A DNA stretch of 64,000 bases, taken from Candidatus Methanomethylicia archaeon. Lineage in GTDB: Archaea; Thermoproteota; Methanomethylicia; Culexarchaeales; Culexarchaeaceae. The translations under genes were made by a program, and so were the position numbers. The stretch covers positions 75,683 through 139,682 of the forward strand of contig JAVYVS010000002.1 of the NCBI GenBank assembly GCA_038727515.1. The letters are read 5' to 3'. Positions 37,474 through 47,337 of this stretch are shown here, piece by piece. Positions within the stretch are counted from its first letter, which is position 1. The number at the start of each line of letters is the position of its first letter. A model generated the notes under the pieces. That model had not been told where the DNA came from. It ran no database searches and saw only the letters and a list, made by a program, of their open reading frames with translations.

Positions 37474-38975
37474 GTTTTATGGAAATATTATATCCAATGC
37501 TAATATTAGCATTCTTCGGTGTAACAACGCCAATTATTGGTTGGATTTGTGAGAGGTATGGTTTACGTAATCTTGTTAGCGGTTGGGCTTTATTTGGTTT
37601 TCTAACTTCCCTAATGGCTTGCCTTAAACTAGTAGGTTTACTCTATGAAAAGCCAATTATAAGGTATAGTATATACCAAGCTGTTGATGGTTTTAAAATT
37701 GGCTTTACAGTTTTAGATTGGCTTAGCTTCACATTTACCCTTGGCTTCATCCTTTTAGGTTTAATATCCACTTTGCATTCAATTGATTACATGTCTCATG
37801 ACACAGGTTTACCAGCTTACTACTCCCTACTATTGCTAATGGTTTGCGGTATGATTGGAGTTATTATGGCAGGTGACTTCCTAACGCTATATGTATTCTG
37901 GGAGTTGATGAGCATATCCTCATATTGTTTGGTTGGATTTAGAAAGCATCTCTGGGAGCCTGTGGAAGCAGGCTTCAAATATCTATTGATGAGCGCTGTA
38001 GGTTCAGCCTTCATATTATTCTCAATGTCATATCTATATGGTTTAACTGGATCCTTAAGCTTCGCTCAAATAACTCTCTCCCTAATGAATGCTAAATCTT
38101 CTCCACTACTATACCTACTATTCATATTATTGATCGTAGGCTTCGGCGTTAAAGCTGCTATTGTACCATTTCATTCATGGCTTCCAGATGCACATCCAGC
38201 TGCCCCCAGCCCTATAAGTGCTATGCTTTCAGGTGTAGTAATAAAAACTGGCGTTTATGCAATAATAAGAACTTCATATCTAATCTTTGATGTTTCAATT
38301 GTGGATTATAGATTGATGTTAGCTTTCCTATCAGTATTGACCATGAGTGTTGGAAACATTCTAGCTTTAGTTCAAAAGGATATTAAACGTTTACTTGCAT
38401 ATTCAAGTATAGCTCAAATTGGATATTTACTATTGGCTTTATCCTTAGGAACGGAATTTGGTTTAATGGCTGGTATTGTACACTTCTTTAATCATGCCTT
38501 AATGAAGGGACTTGCATTTCTCTGCGCTGGATCAATCATACATGAACTTAATACGAGGAATCTTGATGAAATTATTGGTGTTGGTAGAAGAATGCCTATA
38601 ACTGGTGTGTCACTATCTATAGCACTTCTCTCACTAGCTGGAATGCCATTTCTCAATGGTTTTATAAGTAAGTATTTAATATTTGCAGCAGCCATAGATG
38701 CTCAAGCATATTTATTGACAGCCATAGGATTACTAAATAGTGCTATTGGAGTAGTATACTATATCCGTGTAATACAGACAATATTTAGGAAGCCTATTGA
38801 AAGTGTTATGAAGGCAAGTGAATCTTCACCATTTATACTGTCTTCCTTAATAATCCTATCAGTACTTTGCATAGTCTTAGGCGTATGGCCTCAACCATTA
38901 TCTTCAATGGCTGAAACAGCAGCACACTTCACAATGCAAAAACTCCTTTACATAAGGTCGATAATACCATTATAA
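37467..38975 (+). CDS. NuoN/NuoM-like antiporter-type subunit
   Basis: 502 aa, Mrp-antiporter fold motifs (FVFWELMS, WLPDAHPAAPSPISAML, AYSSIAQIGY). Confidence 0.75.
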   Translation: MVGFMEILYPMLILAFFGVTTPIIGWICERYGLRNLVSGWALFGFLTSLMACLKLVGLLYEKPIIRYSIYQAVDGFKIGFTVLDWLSFTFTLGFILLGLISTLHSIDYMSHDTGLPAYYSLLLLMVCGMIGVIMAGDFLTLYVFWELMSISSYCLVGFRKHLWEPVEAGFKYLLMSAVGSAFILFSMSYLYGLTGSLSFAQITLSLMNAKSSPLLYLLFILLIVGFGVKAAIVPFHSWLPDAHPAAPSPISAMLSGVVIKTGVYAIIRTSYLIFDVSIVDYRLMLAFLSVLTMSVGNILALVQKDIKRLLAYSSIAQIGYLLLALSLGTEFGLMAGIVHFFNHALMKGLAFLCAGSIIHELNTRNLDEIIGVGRRMPITGVSLSIALLSLAGMPFLNGFISKYLIFAAAIDAQAYLLTAIGLLNSAIGVVYYIRVIQTIFRKPIESVMKASESSPFILSSLIILSVLCIVLGVWPQPLSSMAETAAHFTMQKLLYIRSIIPL

Positions 38976-39050
38976 ACGGTATACAATAAAAAATTTAATA
39001 ATCACATATCTACATAATCTTTATCGAAAATTTCCTCCTCTTCTGCGGAG

Positions 39051-40664
39051 TTGTGCGATATGTCAAGTATAATTAAGTCAGCTGAAATGTGCAAAGTTCA
39101 ACTAGTGTTGCCAAAGCACTATTACTATGATGTCAAATTGGCTTTAATCAATTTAAAGGTTTTTCATCCAGATGAATGGTGGGTTAATGAAGAATTTGTA
39201 GAGTTTATTAAAGAATTGAAAGCTGAAGAAAATATAGATTTAAAATCGTTAAGTAAACCTCATGAGGAAAGTGCTAAGTTTAAATCTTTATTGGATAAGG
39301 TGAATCGATTAATTAATACCCTTGGGTTGGAAGCATCAACTATTACATTTAAGCTAAAGCATGTAGATAGGAGTTATTTAAATGATCTTGAGAATAAGCT
39401 AAACTTCATTGAATCAAAAATCAATGAGTTTTCACAATCCCCTGAAAACGTCGAACTTAAAGTTAAGTTAAATGAAGTATGCCAGAATTATGAAAATATT
39501 ATTTTAGAAGCAAAACAAGTTTTTGAAAGTGTTTTAGATAGGGATGAAAATACCTTCCATAGTGATTACTTTTCATATATGTTTGGATGGGTTCCAAAGG
39601 ATAGGGTTAACGAAATTATTGAAACCATTGAGAAAACTACAAATAAATCAGTAGTAATCTCAGTTTCACAACCTGGCAAACATGATAATCCCCCATTTCT
39701 ATCTAAATCTCCAAAACCTCTAAAACCATTTGAATCTCTAATAAAAACTTATGATATTCCATCAACCCATGAAATTAATCCAACATTAATCGTTAGTATA
39801 ACCTTCCCATTACTATTTGGATTAGCTTTCGCGGATGTTGGCCATGGACTCTTACTAGCACTATTTGGAATTGCAACTTACATACTTAAACGTAAAGGGT
39901 TCTCTGGCGGTGAAATGATCAATTTAGTTCTCTCTGGAGCTGAATTATATATTTTATGTGGTATTGCAGCTATATTTGGCGGTTTAATGTTCGGTGAATT
40001 CTTCGGTTTTCACATACATCATCCACCTCTAGAATTCATACTTGAAGCTATACCGGGAATTGGTCATGCTTTTAGTCCATTGGAAGAACCTATGAAAATG
40101 TTTAAACTCTCACTAATGGTTGGAATTATGCATATAAGTTTAGGATTAACATTAAGTGTAATCAACGCTGTACTTGAGGGAGAATATAAAAAGGCTTTCT
40201 TTGGACATATATGCTGGTTATGGTTCTATTTAGGTGCAATGTACTTAGGTTTATTCGTATATAAATTTGATATTAGTAAATGGATGTCTGGCAGTTTAAC
40301 CATACCATTAGTGGTAGCACCATTAGTCTTAATGCTTGTAGGAATGATGTTAACTGAAAATCCAATAGATGGCTTCGCTCATACATTTGAAGCAGCAATA
40401 AGCTCACTTTCACATACAGTATCATATGGACGTATACTTGCATTATCACTTTCCCATGGAATGTTAAGTCAATTATTATCTTCAGCAATCCCAGCACTTG
40501 GAGCTGCAGGCTATATAGTCCTAGCTATAGGAACAATAACCCTAGTAATGGCTCTTGAAGGACTTGTATCATTCACACATGTACTAAGGCTTACATGGGT
40601 TGAATTTGGCTTTAAATACTTCCGTGGTGGTGGAGAAGAATATAAACCTCTAGGTGTTAAATAA
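39051..40664 (+). CDS. atpI: A-type/V-type ATPase subunit I (a subunit; Ao sector)
   Basis: Soluble N-terminal domain followed by TM helices with ...HTVSYGRILALSLSHGML... (essential Arg) and C-terminal LRLTWVEFGFKYFRGGG. At 537 aa it is shorter than typical. Confidence 0.75.
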   Translation: MCDMSSIIKSAEMCKVQLVLPKHYYYDVKLALINLKVFHPDEWWVNEEFVEFIKELKAEENIDLKSLSKPHEESAKFKSLLDKVNRLINTLGLEASTITFKLKHVDRSYLNDLENKLNFIESKINEFSQSPENVELKVKLNEVCQNYENIILEAKQVFESVLDRDENTFHSDYFSYMFGWVPKDRVNEIIETIEKTTNKSVVISVSQPGKHDNPPFLSKSPKPLKPFESLIKTYDIPSTHEINPTLIVSITFPLLFGLAFADVGHGLLLALFGIATYILKRKGFSGGEMINLVLSGAELYILCGIAAIFGGLMFGEFFGFHIHHPPLEFILEAIPGIGHAFSPLEEPMKMFKLSLMVGIMHISLGLTLSVINAVLEGEYKKAFFGHICWLWFYLGAMYLGLFVYKFDISKWMSGSLTIPLVVAPLVLMLVGMMLTENPIDGFAHTFEAAISSLSHTVSYGRILALSLSHGMLSQLLSSAIPALGAAGYIVLAIGTITLVMALEGLVSFTHVLRLTWVEFGFKYFRGGGEEYKPLGVK

Positions 40665-40732
40665 ATGCATAAATCAATAACGTTTATAAATAAATCAACA
40701 TTATTGTAGTAATAGTTGTTGGAGGAAGAAAT

Positions 40733-41182
40733 ATGGATGAAACGATAATCGGTCTTATAGGCGTTCTACTTTCAAGTTGCATACCAATATCAGGTGCAGC
40801 CTACGGAATTGTAACCGCAGGTATATCTATGGCTGGAGCTGGAACTGAACGCCCTGAAATAGTTACAAAGCTACTTTTAGCAGTTGTATTAGCTGAAGCT
40901 ATAGGAATCTATGGATTACTTACCTCAATAATGCTCATAGGAAAACTCTCCATAATCCTTGCTTCATATGAAGCAGCCATGAAAGCTTTATCAGCAGGTT
41001 TAGTAATGGCTGTATGTGGTTTATTAGCTTCAATAGCAATTGCATATACTGGATCAGCTATGGCTGGAGCTGGAGTTGAAAAACCTGAAATAGTTACAAA
41101 GACTCTTCTAGCAGTTGTATTAGCTGAAGCTTTAGCAATCTATGGATTACTAATATCCATAATGTTAATAGGCACTATATAA
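40733..41182 (+). CDS. atpK: A-type ATPase proteolipid subunit K (c subunit), tandem double-hairpin form
   Basis: 149 aa made of two repeats, each with AGxGxE..RPEIVTK..LLAVVLAEA.GIYGLL and a conserved ion-binding Glu. Confidence 0.8.
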   Translation: MDETIIGLIGVLLSSCIPISGAAYGIVTAGISMAGAGTERPEIVTKLLLAVVLAEAIGIYGLLTSIMLIGKLSIILASYEAAMKALSAGLVMAVCGLLASIAIAYTGSAMAGAGVEKPEIVTKTLLAVVLAEALAIYGLLISIMLIGTI

Positions 41183-41195
41183 GTGGAGTGCCTAA

Positions 41196-41864
41196 ATGAT
41201 GAATAGTAAAAGCAACGAACTAGAGAAACTAAATGAACAATTAAAGTATACTAGGAGAAAGTATAAAAAGACCATTATAAATTCAAAGATAAAACTTTTG
41301 AAAACAAAAATTGCATCCAAAAATTGTATAACCAAAATTGAAGCTTATAAAGGGAATTGCATCAATAGAGTTGTAAATACTAAAGATATGACTATTAAAC
41401 TTGTAGAAAATTCCATCAAAAATAATGTTAATATGATAAGCAGTGAGGGTTTCGTTCCTGATGAAAGTCTAGTTAAACTTTACTCTTTAATTGATAAAAC
41501 AACATACATTCTAAAGTCCAAACCATCAAAGATACCAAGTTTTAGACAATACATTTCTAAAGTTTTTTCTGCGATTTCCAATAGCTTATCTACTCTACGT
41601 ATATACTTTGCTAGAAAGCTTGCTTTTCCACCAATACTTTATTCTAAATCTTTCACTATGTCTATAATTGAAGTTAAATCATGGCATAGTAACTTATATT
41701 TAAGATTGACTACTGGATTTAAAGATTTTAGAAAAACTTTATTGAATTATAAATCTAAGCTTGACAAATATGATTCAATTTTACTTTCATCAAAGGCTAG
41801 GTGTAATAATGCCATCCAAGTATCTATATCCAAGGGTAAAACTATTACTCGAAGATTTCTATAA
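41196..41864 (+). CDS. hypothetical protein (Lys/Ser-rich)
   Basis: 222-aa ORF after atpK with an N-terminal coiled-coil-like stretch, perhaps a diverged stalk subunit. No clear motif. Confidence 0.3.
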   Translation: MMNSKSNELEKLNEQLKYTRRKYKKTIINSKIKLLKTKIASKNCITKIEAYKGNCINRVVNTKDMTIKLVENSIKNNVNMISSEGFVPDESLVKLYSLIDKTTYILKSKPSKIPSFRQYISKVFSAISNSLSTLRIYFARKLAFPPILYSKSFTMSIIEVKSWHSNLYLRLTTGFKDFRKTLLNYKSKLDKYDSILLSSKARCNNAIQVSISKGKTITRRFL

Positions 41865-41880
41865 TAAATATTATAAATAT

Positions 41881-42936
41881 TTAAATTATTATTTCCTCCA
41901 TAATTTTTCGTTTTGGTATTTCAAGTGATTTCCCATATATTATCACTTTTAAATTTCTTATTTCAGTCCATTTCTTAGTTAAGTATGCCAGTGTTGGTGA
42001 TATATCGTATTGAAATCCCTTTTTCCAAACTTTTTGATAACCCTTATATATTTCTTTATTAAATAGTTTCTCTAATTCTTCTATTCCTCCCTTATTTATT
42101 GCTTCTATACTTTGCTTTAATAACGGTTTATATTCTTTTTCCATTAATTCGGTTAACACTTCCTTTTGATCTTCTTTTTCAAAAGCTCTTCTTATCTTTT
42201 GCATATTTATTTTGTATGTTGGGGTTATGATGTTTTCTTCTAGTTCATTCCAATCTATTTTAAGTTTCTTTGCTCTTAGGGTGTTTTTTATATTTGTTAA
42301 ATCTATTTCTATTCCCAGCATTTCTCTAACACTTTTTGAGCTTTTACCATCAAGTCTTTTTGCTTCATTTATTATAGCTTCATATACTATTTTATCTATT
42401 TTTGCTTCAACAATTTTTGCATCTTCTTCTTTAAATTCTTTTTCAAATATTTTATGTATTGGTATCGGCACTCCTATTTCAACTAGTTTTTCCAATAATT
42501 CCCTTAGGTTTTTTGATTCTTCATATACTTTAACGTATTCTTCAATTTTGAGTCCTAGTGGGATGGGTGTTAAATGTTGTTTTAATCTTTCTACTGAAGC
42601 TCCTAATGTTTTTAATCTTATTGCAGCCTTTATGTTTTCAGCTTCATATTTCATCATATATAATGCTATTACTCTCATTGCTTGTTTCGGAAGCCATTTT
42701 AATACTTTTAGATATGATCTCGTCAATGATTTTATCAATATTTTCTCCATTTCTATTGGTGTTGGTGTTTCTTGAAGACCTCTTACTTCTTCTCTATATG
42801 GAGTTTCCATTAATACCTTTACAATTTCTTTATAGGGTGCTTCTATGATTTTATTGTAATCCTCTTTTCTCAGGTATTCCCTTTTTAATCCCCTAATTTT
42901 TGTGTTTATGAATCCATATCTAATTATTCCAAGCAA
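41881..42936 (-). CDS. atpC: A-type ATPase subunit C (d subunit)-like
   Basis: 351-aa all-helical protein resembling the AtpC/V0-d family, on the opposite strand from atpI/K. Confidence 0.55.
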   Translation of the reverse strand: MLGIIRYGFINTKIRGLKREYLRKEDYNKIIEAPYKEIVKVLMETPYREEVRGLQETPTPIEMEKILIKSLTRSYLKVLKWLPKQAMRVIALYMMKYEAENIKAAIRLKTLGASVERLKQHLTPIPLGLKIEEYVKVYEESKNLRELLEKLVEIGVPIPIHKIFEKEFKEEDAKIVEAKIDKIVYEAIINEAKRLDGKSSKSVREMLGIEIDLTNIKNTLRAKKLKIDWNELEENIITPTYKINMQKIRRAFEKEDQKEVLTELMEKEYKPLLKQSIEAINKGGIEELEKLFNKEIYKGYQKVWKKGFQYDISPTLAYLTKKWTEIRNLKVIIYGKSLEIPKRKIMEEIII

Positions 42937-42991
42937 AGTTATCAGCCTACACTTTATTCTTTAATACGCTAAATACCAATATTGTTATTCA

Positions 42992-43543
42992 CTATTTATA
43001 CTTAATTGGTTTTAAGATTATGTATGTTGTTATTATCAATAACCATATTACTACTCCAATAACTACTCCAATTCCAGCATAAAACTCACTTATCCTACTT
43101 CCAATAGTATATCCCATTAATATTAATGGTATCATTAAAGATAGTAATGCTATACTCCTACTTATCATGAATCTAAATAATCTCTTACCTTCATCTTCAA
43201 TTCTTTCATCTACAACTTTCTCCTTCACCTCTTTGACTTTCTCTTTTACTTTAATACTTTCTTTCTCCTCTAATCCCCCTCTTCTTGAGATAACGGTTGC
43301 CTTTTCAATTACTTCAGATAATGTATTGTATGGTTTATTATGCCTTAAGTTTATTCTACATGTTTCATATAATATTTTCATTGGTATCCATTCTTCTCCA
43401 TTAATCCATTTTTCTAATTCTTCTTCCTTTATCTTTAATCTTTTTAGATATTCATCTCTTCCTAATGTTTCAATAGCTGTTTTTAAAGCTTTCAAAACTT
43501 TTTCTGTAGGTTCAATATATATTTCTTCTGTCATTTCATCCAT
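42992..43543 (-). CDS. hypothetical protein with C-terminal double TM anchor
   Basis: 183 aa with a charged coiled-coil-like N-terminal part and two C-terminal TM helices, upstream of atpC on the same strand. Confidence 0.4.
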   Translation of the reverse strand: MDEMTEEIYIEPTEKVLKALKTAIETLGRDEYLKRLKIKEEELEKWINGEEWIPMKILYETCRINLRHNKPYNTLSEVIEKATVISRRGGLEEKESIKVKEKVKEVKEKVVDERIEDEGKRLFRFMISRSIALLSLMIPLILMGYTIGSRISEFYAGIGVVIGVVIWLLIITTYIILKPIKYK

Positions 43544-43650
43544 ACCATATCTTTATATGCGTATCAAAATTATTTAAATCGTTAGTTTTTTATATAGTTG
43601 TTATTTGAATTCTTTTTAGATTTTTAATTTTATTCGTATGGACTTTAGAG

Positions 43651-45825
43651 GTGGATGATTTGCTTAATTATTCACCTTGGCTTGTTTGGATTATTCCAAT
43701 TATAGGTGCACTTTTAACACCTTTAATTGCACGTTTAGGTGATAGAATTCGAGATATCTCTGCTGTCTTCTTCTCTTTTCTAGCTGCTTTAATGGCTACA
43801 GTAAACTTTTCATATGTTATGTCTGGAGGTATGTATATTCCAGGGGTTGGATATGTTAAGGTTCCCATTGATTGGCGTTTTAAATGGTTTATTGTTCCTG
43901 GGTTCCATTTAGATGTTGGAGTTTTACTGGATCCTCTTAGTGCTTTAATGGGTGTTATTGTTGCTTGGATTTCATTTTTAATTATGATTTATAGCTTGGG
44001 TTATATGCATGGTGAAGAAGGTTTAACTAGATACTGGTTTTTCATGAATTTCTTTATTGGGAATATGCTTCTACTCGTCATGTCCGATAATATTCTACAG
44101 ATGTTATTTGGGTGGGAGGGTGTTGGACTATGTAGTTATCAATTGATTGGCTTCTATTATAGTGATGAAAGGAAGCGTTGGATTGGCAATGTTCCTCCAT
44201 CACATGCTGGTATGAAAGCCTTCATAACCACTAAAATTGGAGATATATCCCTCATGATAGCTTCCTTCATAATATTCACTATATCTGGAACTTTTAATTT
44301 CCTAGATCTTCAAGCAAATTATGAATGGATAATTGAACTTGCTAAGATGGGGTTGATAATTCCAGTTGTATTATTATTCTTTGGTGGACCTATTGGGAAA
44401 TCTGCTCAATTTCCATTGCATGAATGGCTTCCAGAGGCTATGGCAGGCCCTACTTCAGTTTCAGCATTAATACATGCTGCTACTATGGTTAAAGCTGGAG
44501 TTTACCTTGTTGCTAGAATGGTTCCAATATTTTATGGAAGTTTTACCCATGCGATTGCACATGTTCATGGATTAGCCATTGAAAACTTAATTTTACAAGC
44601 TAGAAACAGCTTCTTCTTAACTGTTGCATGGATTGGTGCATTTACAGCTTTTCTAGCTGCTACTCAAGCCATGGTTAGTAGAGAATTGAAGAAAGTTCTT
44701 GCGTATTCTACGATTTCTCAAATTGGTTATATGATGTTAGGTTTAGGTGCTGGAGGTTTAATGGAAAATGTAGCTATAGGTTTTGTTGCTGGAGTATTTC
44801 ATTTAGCTAGTCATGCGATCTTTAAAGCTTTGCTATTTATGGCTGCTGGTGCAGTTATTCATGCATGTGAGAGTACTGATATGTTTAATATGGGTGGTAT
44901 TAGACGTGATATGCCTATAACTTTTGTTTGTATGCTTATTGGAGCTTTATCTCTTTCAGGTATACCTCCACTTAGTGGTTTTTGGAGTAAAGAAGCTGTT
45001 TTCACAGCTTGTTTAGTTTCTGGTCAGTATATACTATTGGCTTTTGCAGCTGTAACTGCCGCTATAACATTCTTCTATAGTTTAAGAATGATTGCAATAA
45101 CATTTCTTGGAGAGAAGAGTGAGCATTTAGAGGAATTGGAACATGAAGGTCATCATGTTCATGAAGTTTCAAAGGTTATGTGGATTCCATATGCAATATT
45201 AGCTATCTCAACTATTGCCATAGGTTTGATAGGTCCATTTTTCGAAGAGTACTTACATGAATTCCTAGAGCCTTCTATTCATATGATTCATCATGAAATT
45301 GCAATTTCAAGTGTTGTTTATGGTGCTGAAGTTGAAGTTTCTGGTTTTCCAACGAAATTAACAACTATGCTAATAACTTTATGCATGCTTATCTTAGGAG
45401 GTTATCCAGCATATTTAATGTATATTTCACGTAAAGTTGATCCTGAATCCTTTGTCGAATCTCATGGGTTAAAGGGCATATACAACTTCTTATGGAATAG
45501 ATGGTATATTAATCCAACCTATTATGGTGTATTTGTATATCCTTTGATTCATGGTAGTGTTAAAGTCTTTAGAGGCTTTGAGAAAGCTGTTATTGATAGA
45601 TTTAATTATGTTTTAGCGAATATAGTATTGAGCTTTAGCAATATTGTTTATAGATATTTTGAAAAGCCTATTTTAGATGGATTTAATTATTTTGTAGCTA
45701 ATGTTTTCATGGTGTTTTCACAGATTTTCAGAAGAATTCAAACTGGTGTTTCTTCATTTAACATTATGGGTATTGGTTTAGGTATACTAATATTGATATT
45801 AATGATACTATTCGGTTTTATTTAA
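43651..45825 (+). CDS. NuoL-like antiporter-type subunit
   Basis: 724 aa with a core antiporter fold (WLPEAMAGPTSVSALIHAATMV) and a long C-terminal extension for the lateral helix. Confidence 0.8.
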   Translation: MDDLLNYSPWLVWIIPIIGALLTPLIARLGDRIRDISAVFFSFLAALMATVNFSYVMSGGMYIPGVGYVKVPIDWRFKWFIVPGFHLDVGVLLDPLSALMGVIVAWISFLIMIYSLGYMHGEEGLTRYWFFMNFFIGNMLLLVMSDNILQMLFGWEGVGLCSYQLIGFYYSDERKRWIGNVPPSHAGMKAFITTKIGDISLMIASFIIFTISGTFNFLDLQANYEWIIELAKMGLIIPVVLLFFGGPIGKSAQFPLHEWLPEAMAGPTSVSALIHAATMVKAGVYLVARMVPIFYGSFTHAIAHVHGLAIENLILQARNSFFLTVAWIGAFTAFLAATQAMVSRELKKVLAYSTISQIGYMMLGLGAGGLMENVAIGFVAGVFHLASHAIFKALLFMAAGAVIHACESTDMFNMGGIRRDMPITFVCMLIGALSLSGIPPLSGFWSKEAVFTACLVSGQYILLAFAAVTAAITFFYSLRMIAITFLGEKSEHLEELEHEGHHVHEVSKVMWIPYAILAISTIAIGLIGPFFEEYLHEFLEPSIHMIHHEIAISSVVYGAEVEVSGFPTKLTTMLITLCMLILGGYPAYLMYISRKVDPESFVESHGLKGIYNFLWNRWYINPTYYGVFVYPLIHGSVKVFRGFEKAVIDRFNYVLANIVLSFSNIVYRYFEKPILDGFNYFVANVFMVFSQIFRRIQTGVSSFNIMGIGLGILILILMILFGFI

Positions 45826-45853
45826 TTTAAATTTTCTTTATATTAATTTTGGA

Positions 45854-47284
45854 GTGGTGAATTTGAAAGTTAGAGTTAGAGGTATATACTCTACAGCTCT
45901 ATCTAAACTTTTAATTGATGAAGGTTATAGTATTGTTCAACCGTCAAAGGTTATTAAGGATAGATTTAATATTGGCGATGAAATGGATTATATGTTTTAT
46001 GATGTTGATATTCTTGATCGTGATGATAAGCATGGAGTATACATTTTGACTTCCAATGAGAATTTAAGAACTATCATAGACATTATTCATAGAAATCTTT
46101 TTGATGCTATTATTAGAATTGCACCGTATGATGTCAATGGAATTTATAAAGGTGTTGTAGAAGCTATTGATAAAGTTAGAAATTTAGCTTTTATATCCAT
46201 TATGCCTAAGCTCTTAGGTGTATTACCGTTATCTAGAGATTCCCCTCTTAAAGTTGGTGATGAAATTCTTGTTCAAGTGGATAAGAGTAGTTTAGGTTTA
46301 AGGATTCCACGTTTAACTACACGTATAGGTTTAGCTGGTAGGTATGTTGTATTATTTAAAGGTGATGGTTTAAAGTTTAGTAGGAAGCTTACTGGAAGTT
46401 TCATTGATTATATGAATATATCTGAGACATTAAAAGGAGTTCTGCCTGAAACTTTTGGAGTTATCATTAGATCTTCTTTTAAAAGTGCTTCTAAAGATGA
46501 TATTTTAAATGAAATTTCAAATTTATTGGATAACTACAATCGATTGATGGATTTATTTAGGGTTTCACCTTCAAGAAGGCTGATAGTTAATGGGTTAAAG
46601 GTATTGGATGTTGAGTTTCCATATAATTCTAAGAGGATTCTTGATTCAATTAGGAGTTTTGTTACTTCAACAATAAATTTTCATCATTACTTTAAGATTT
46701 TAGGTGAAAATTATTCTAAAATGGTTGATAATGTTGAATCCCTATTATCTAAAGGTTTGAATGTAGATGATACCTTACTTAATATAGATCTTCTTAGAGG
46801 GGAATTTGCTTCTAATTTGAGAGTTATTGAACATGTTAAATTGAATGGAAAAGTCATATTGTTTAGGAACATTGAATCCATTGATTTTAATGGTAAGTTT
46901 TTAACTATTTATAGGAGGGTTAAATCGCCTGGATTTTATGATGGTTTAAACATAGTTAAGATGGTTGGTGATAAAATTGTTACGAAGATTGGTTTTGGAG
47001 ATTGGTATTATGTTTCTCGATATTATTCTTCTGATGGTCAATTTCTAGGTTCATATATTAACATAAATACTCCAATTGAAATTTATGGTGATAGATTGAG
47101 ATATGTGGATTTAGAAGTTGATGTATGTGTTAAATCAAATGGTGAATTTAAAATTTTAGATATGGATCATTTATATAAAGCCTTTAAAATGGGTGTTGTA
47201 TCTGAGAGTTTATTTAGATTCATATCCAAACTTGTGGATAATATTAAATCTAAAATTATACATGGAGAATTTGATGATATTTGA
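45854..47284 (+). CDS. FAU-1/RNase E-like (DUF402) RNA-binding protein candidate
   Basis: 476 aa. The N-terminus (VRVRGIYSTALSKLLIDEGYSIVQPS) and overall length resemble archaeal FAU-1. Assigned from recall only. Confidence 0.45.
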   Translation: MVNLKVRVRGIYSTALSKLLIDEGYSIVQPSKVIKDRFNIGDEMDYMFYDVDILDRDDKHGVYILTSNENLRTIIDIIHRNLFDAIIRIAPYDVNGIYKGVVEAIDKVRNLAFISIMPKLLGVLPLSRDSPLKVGDEILVQVDKSSLGLRIPRLTTRIGLAGRYVVLFKGDGLKFSRKLTGSFIDYMNISETLKGVLPETFGVIIRSSFKSASKDDILNEISNLLDNYNRLMDLFRVSPSRRLIVNGLKVLDVEFPYNSKRILDSIRSFVTSTINFHHYFKILGENYSKMVDNVESLLSKGLNVDDTLLNIDLLRGEFASNLRVIEHVKLNGKVILFRNIESIDFNGKFLTIYRRVKSPGFYDGLNIVKMVGDKIVTKIGFGDWYYVSRYYSSDGQFLGSYININTPIEIYGDRLRYVDLEVDVCVKSNGEFKILDMDHLYKAFKMGVVSESLFRFISKLVDNIKSKIIHGEFDDI

Positions 47285-47337
47285 ATAATAAAGGTTTTAT
47301 ATTGACTTGAGATAAATTTTGTTGTATTTATTGGGGT

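Noticed and set aside
41196-41864. Calling the ORF after atpK the ATPase E subunit
   Set aside because: Its position fits, but the sequence lacks the E-subunit pattern and the C-terminal half looks unrelated. It is kept as hypothetical.
42212-43577. Plus-strand ORFs 42212-42775, 42558-42848 and 43167-43577
   Set aside because: They are antisense to the atpC-like gene and the upstream hypothetical gene and have low-complexity S/F/I/L-rich peptides.
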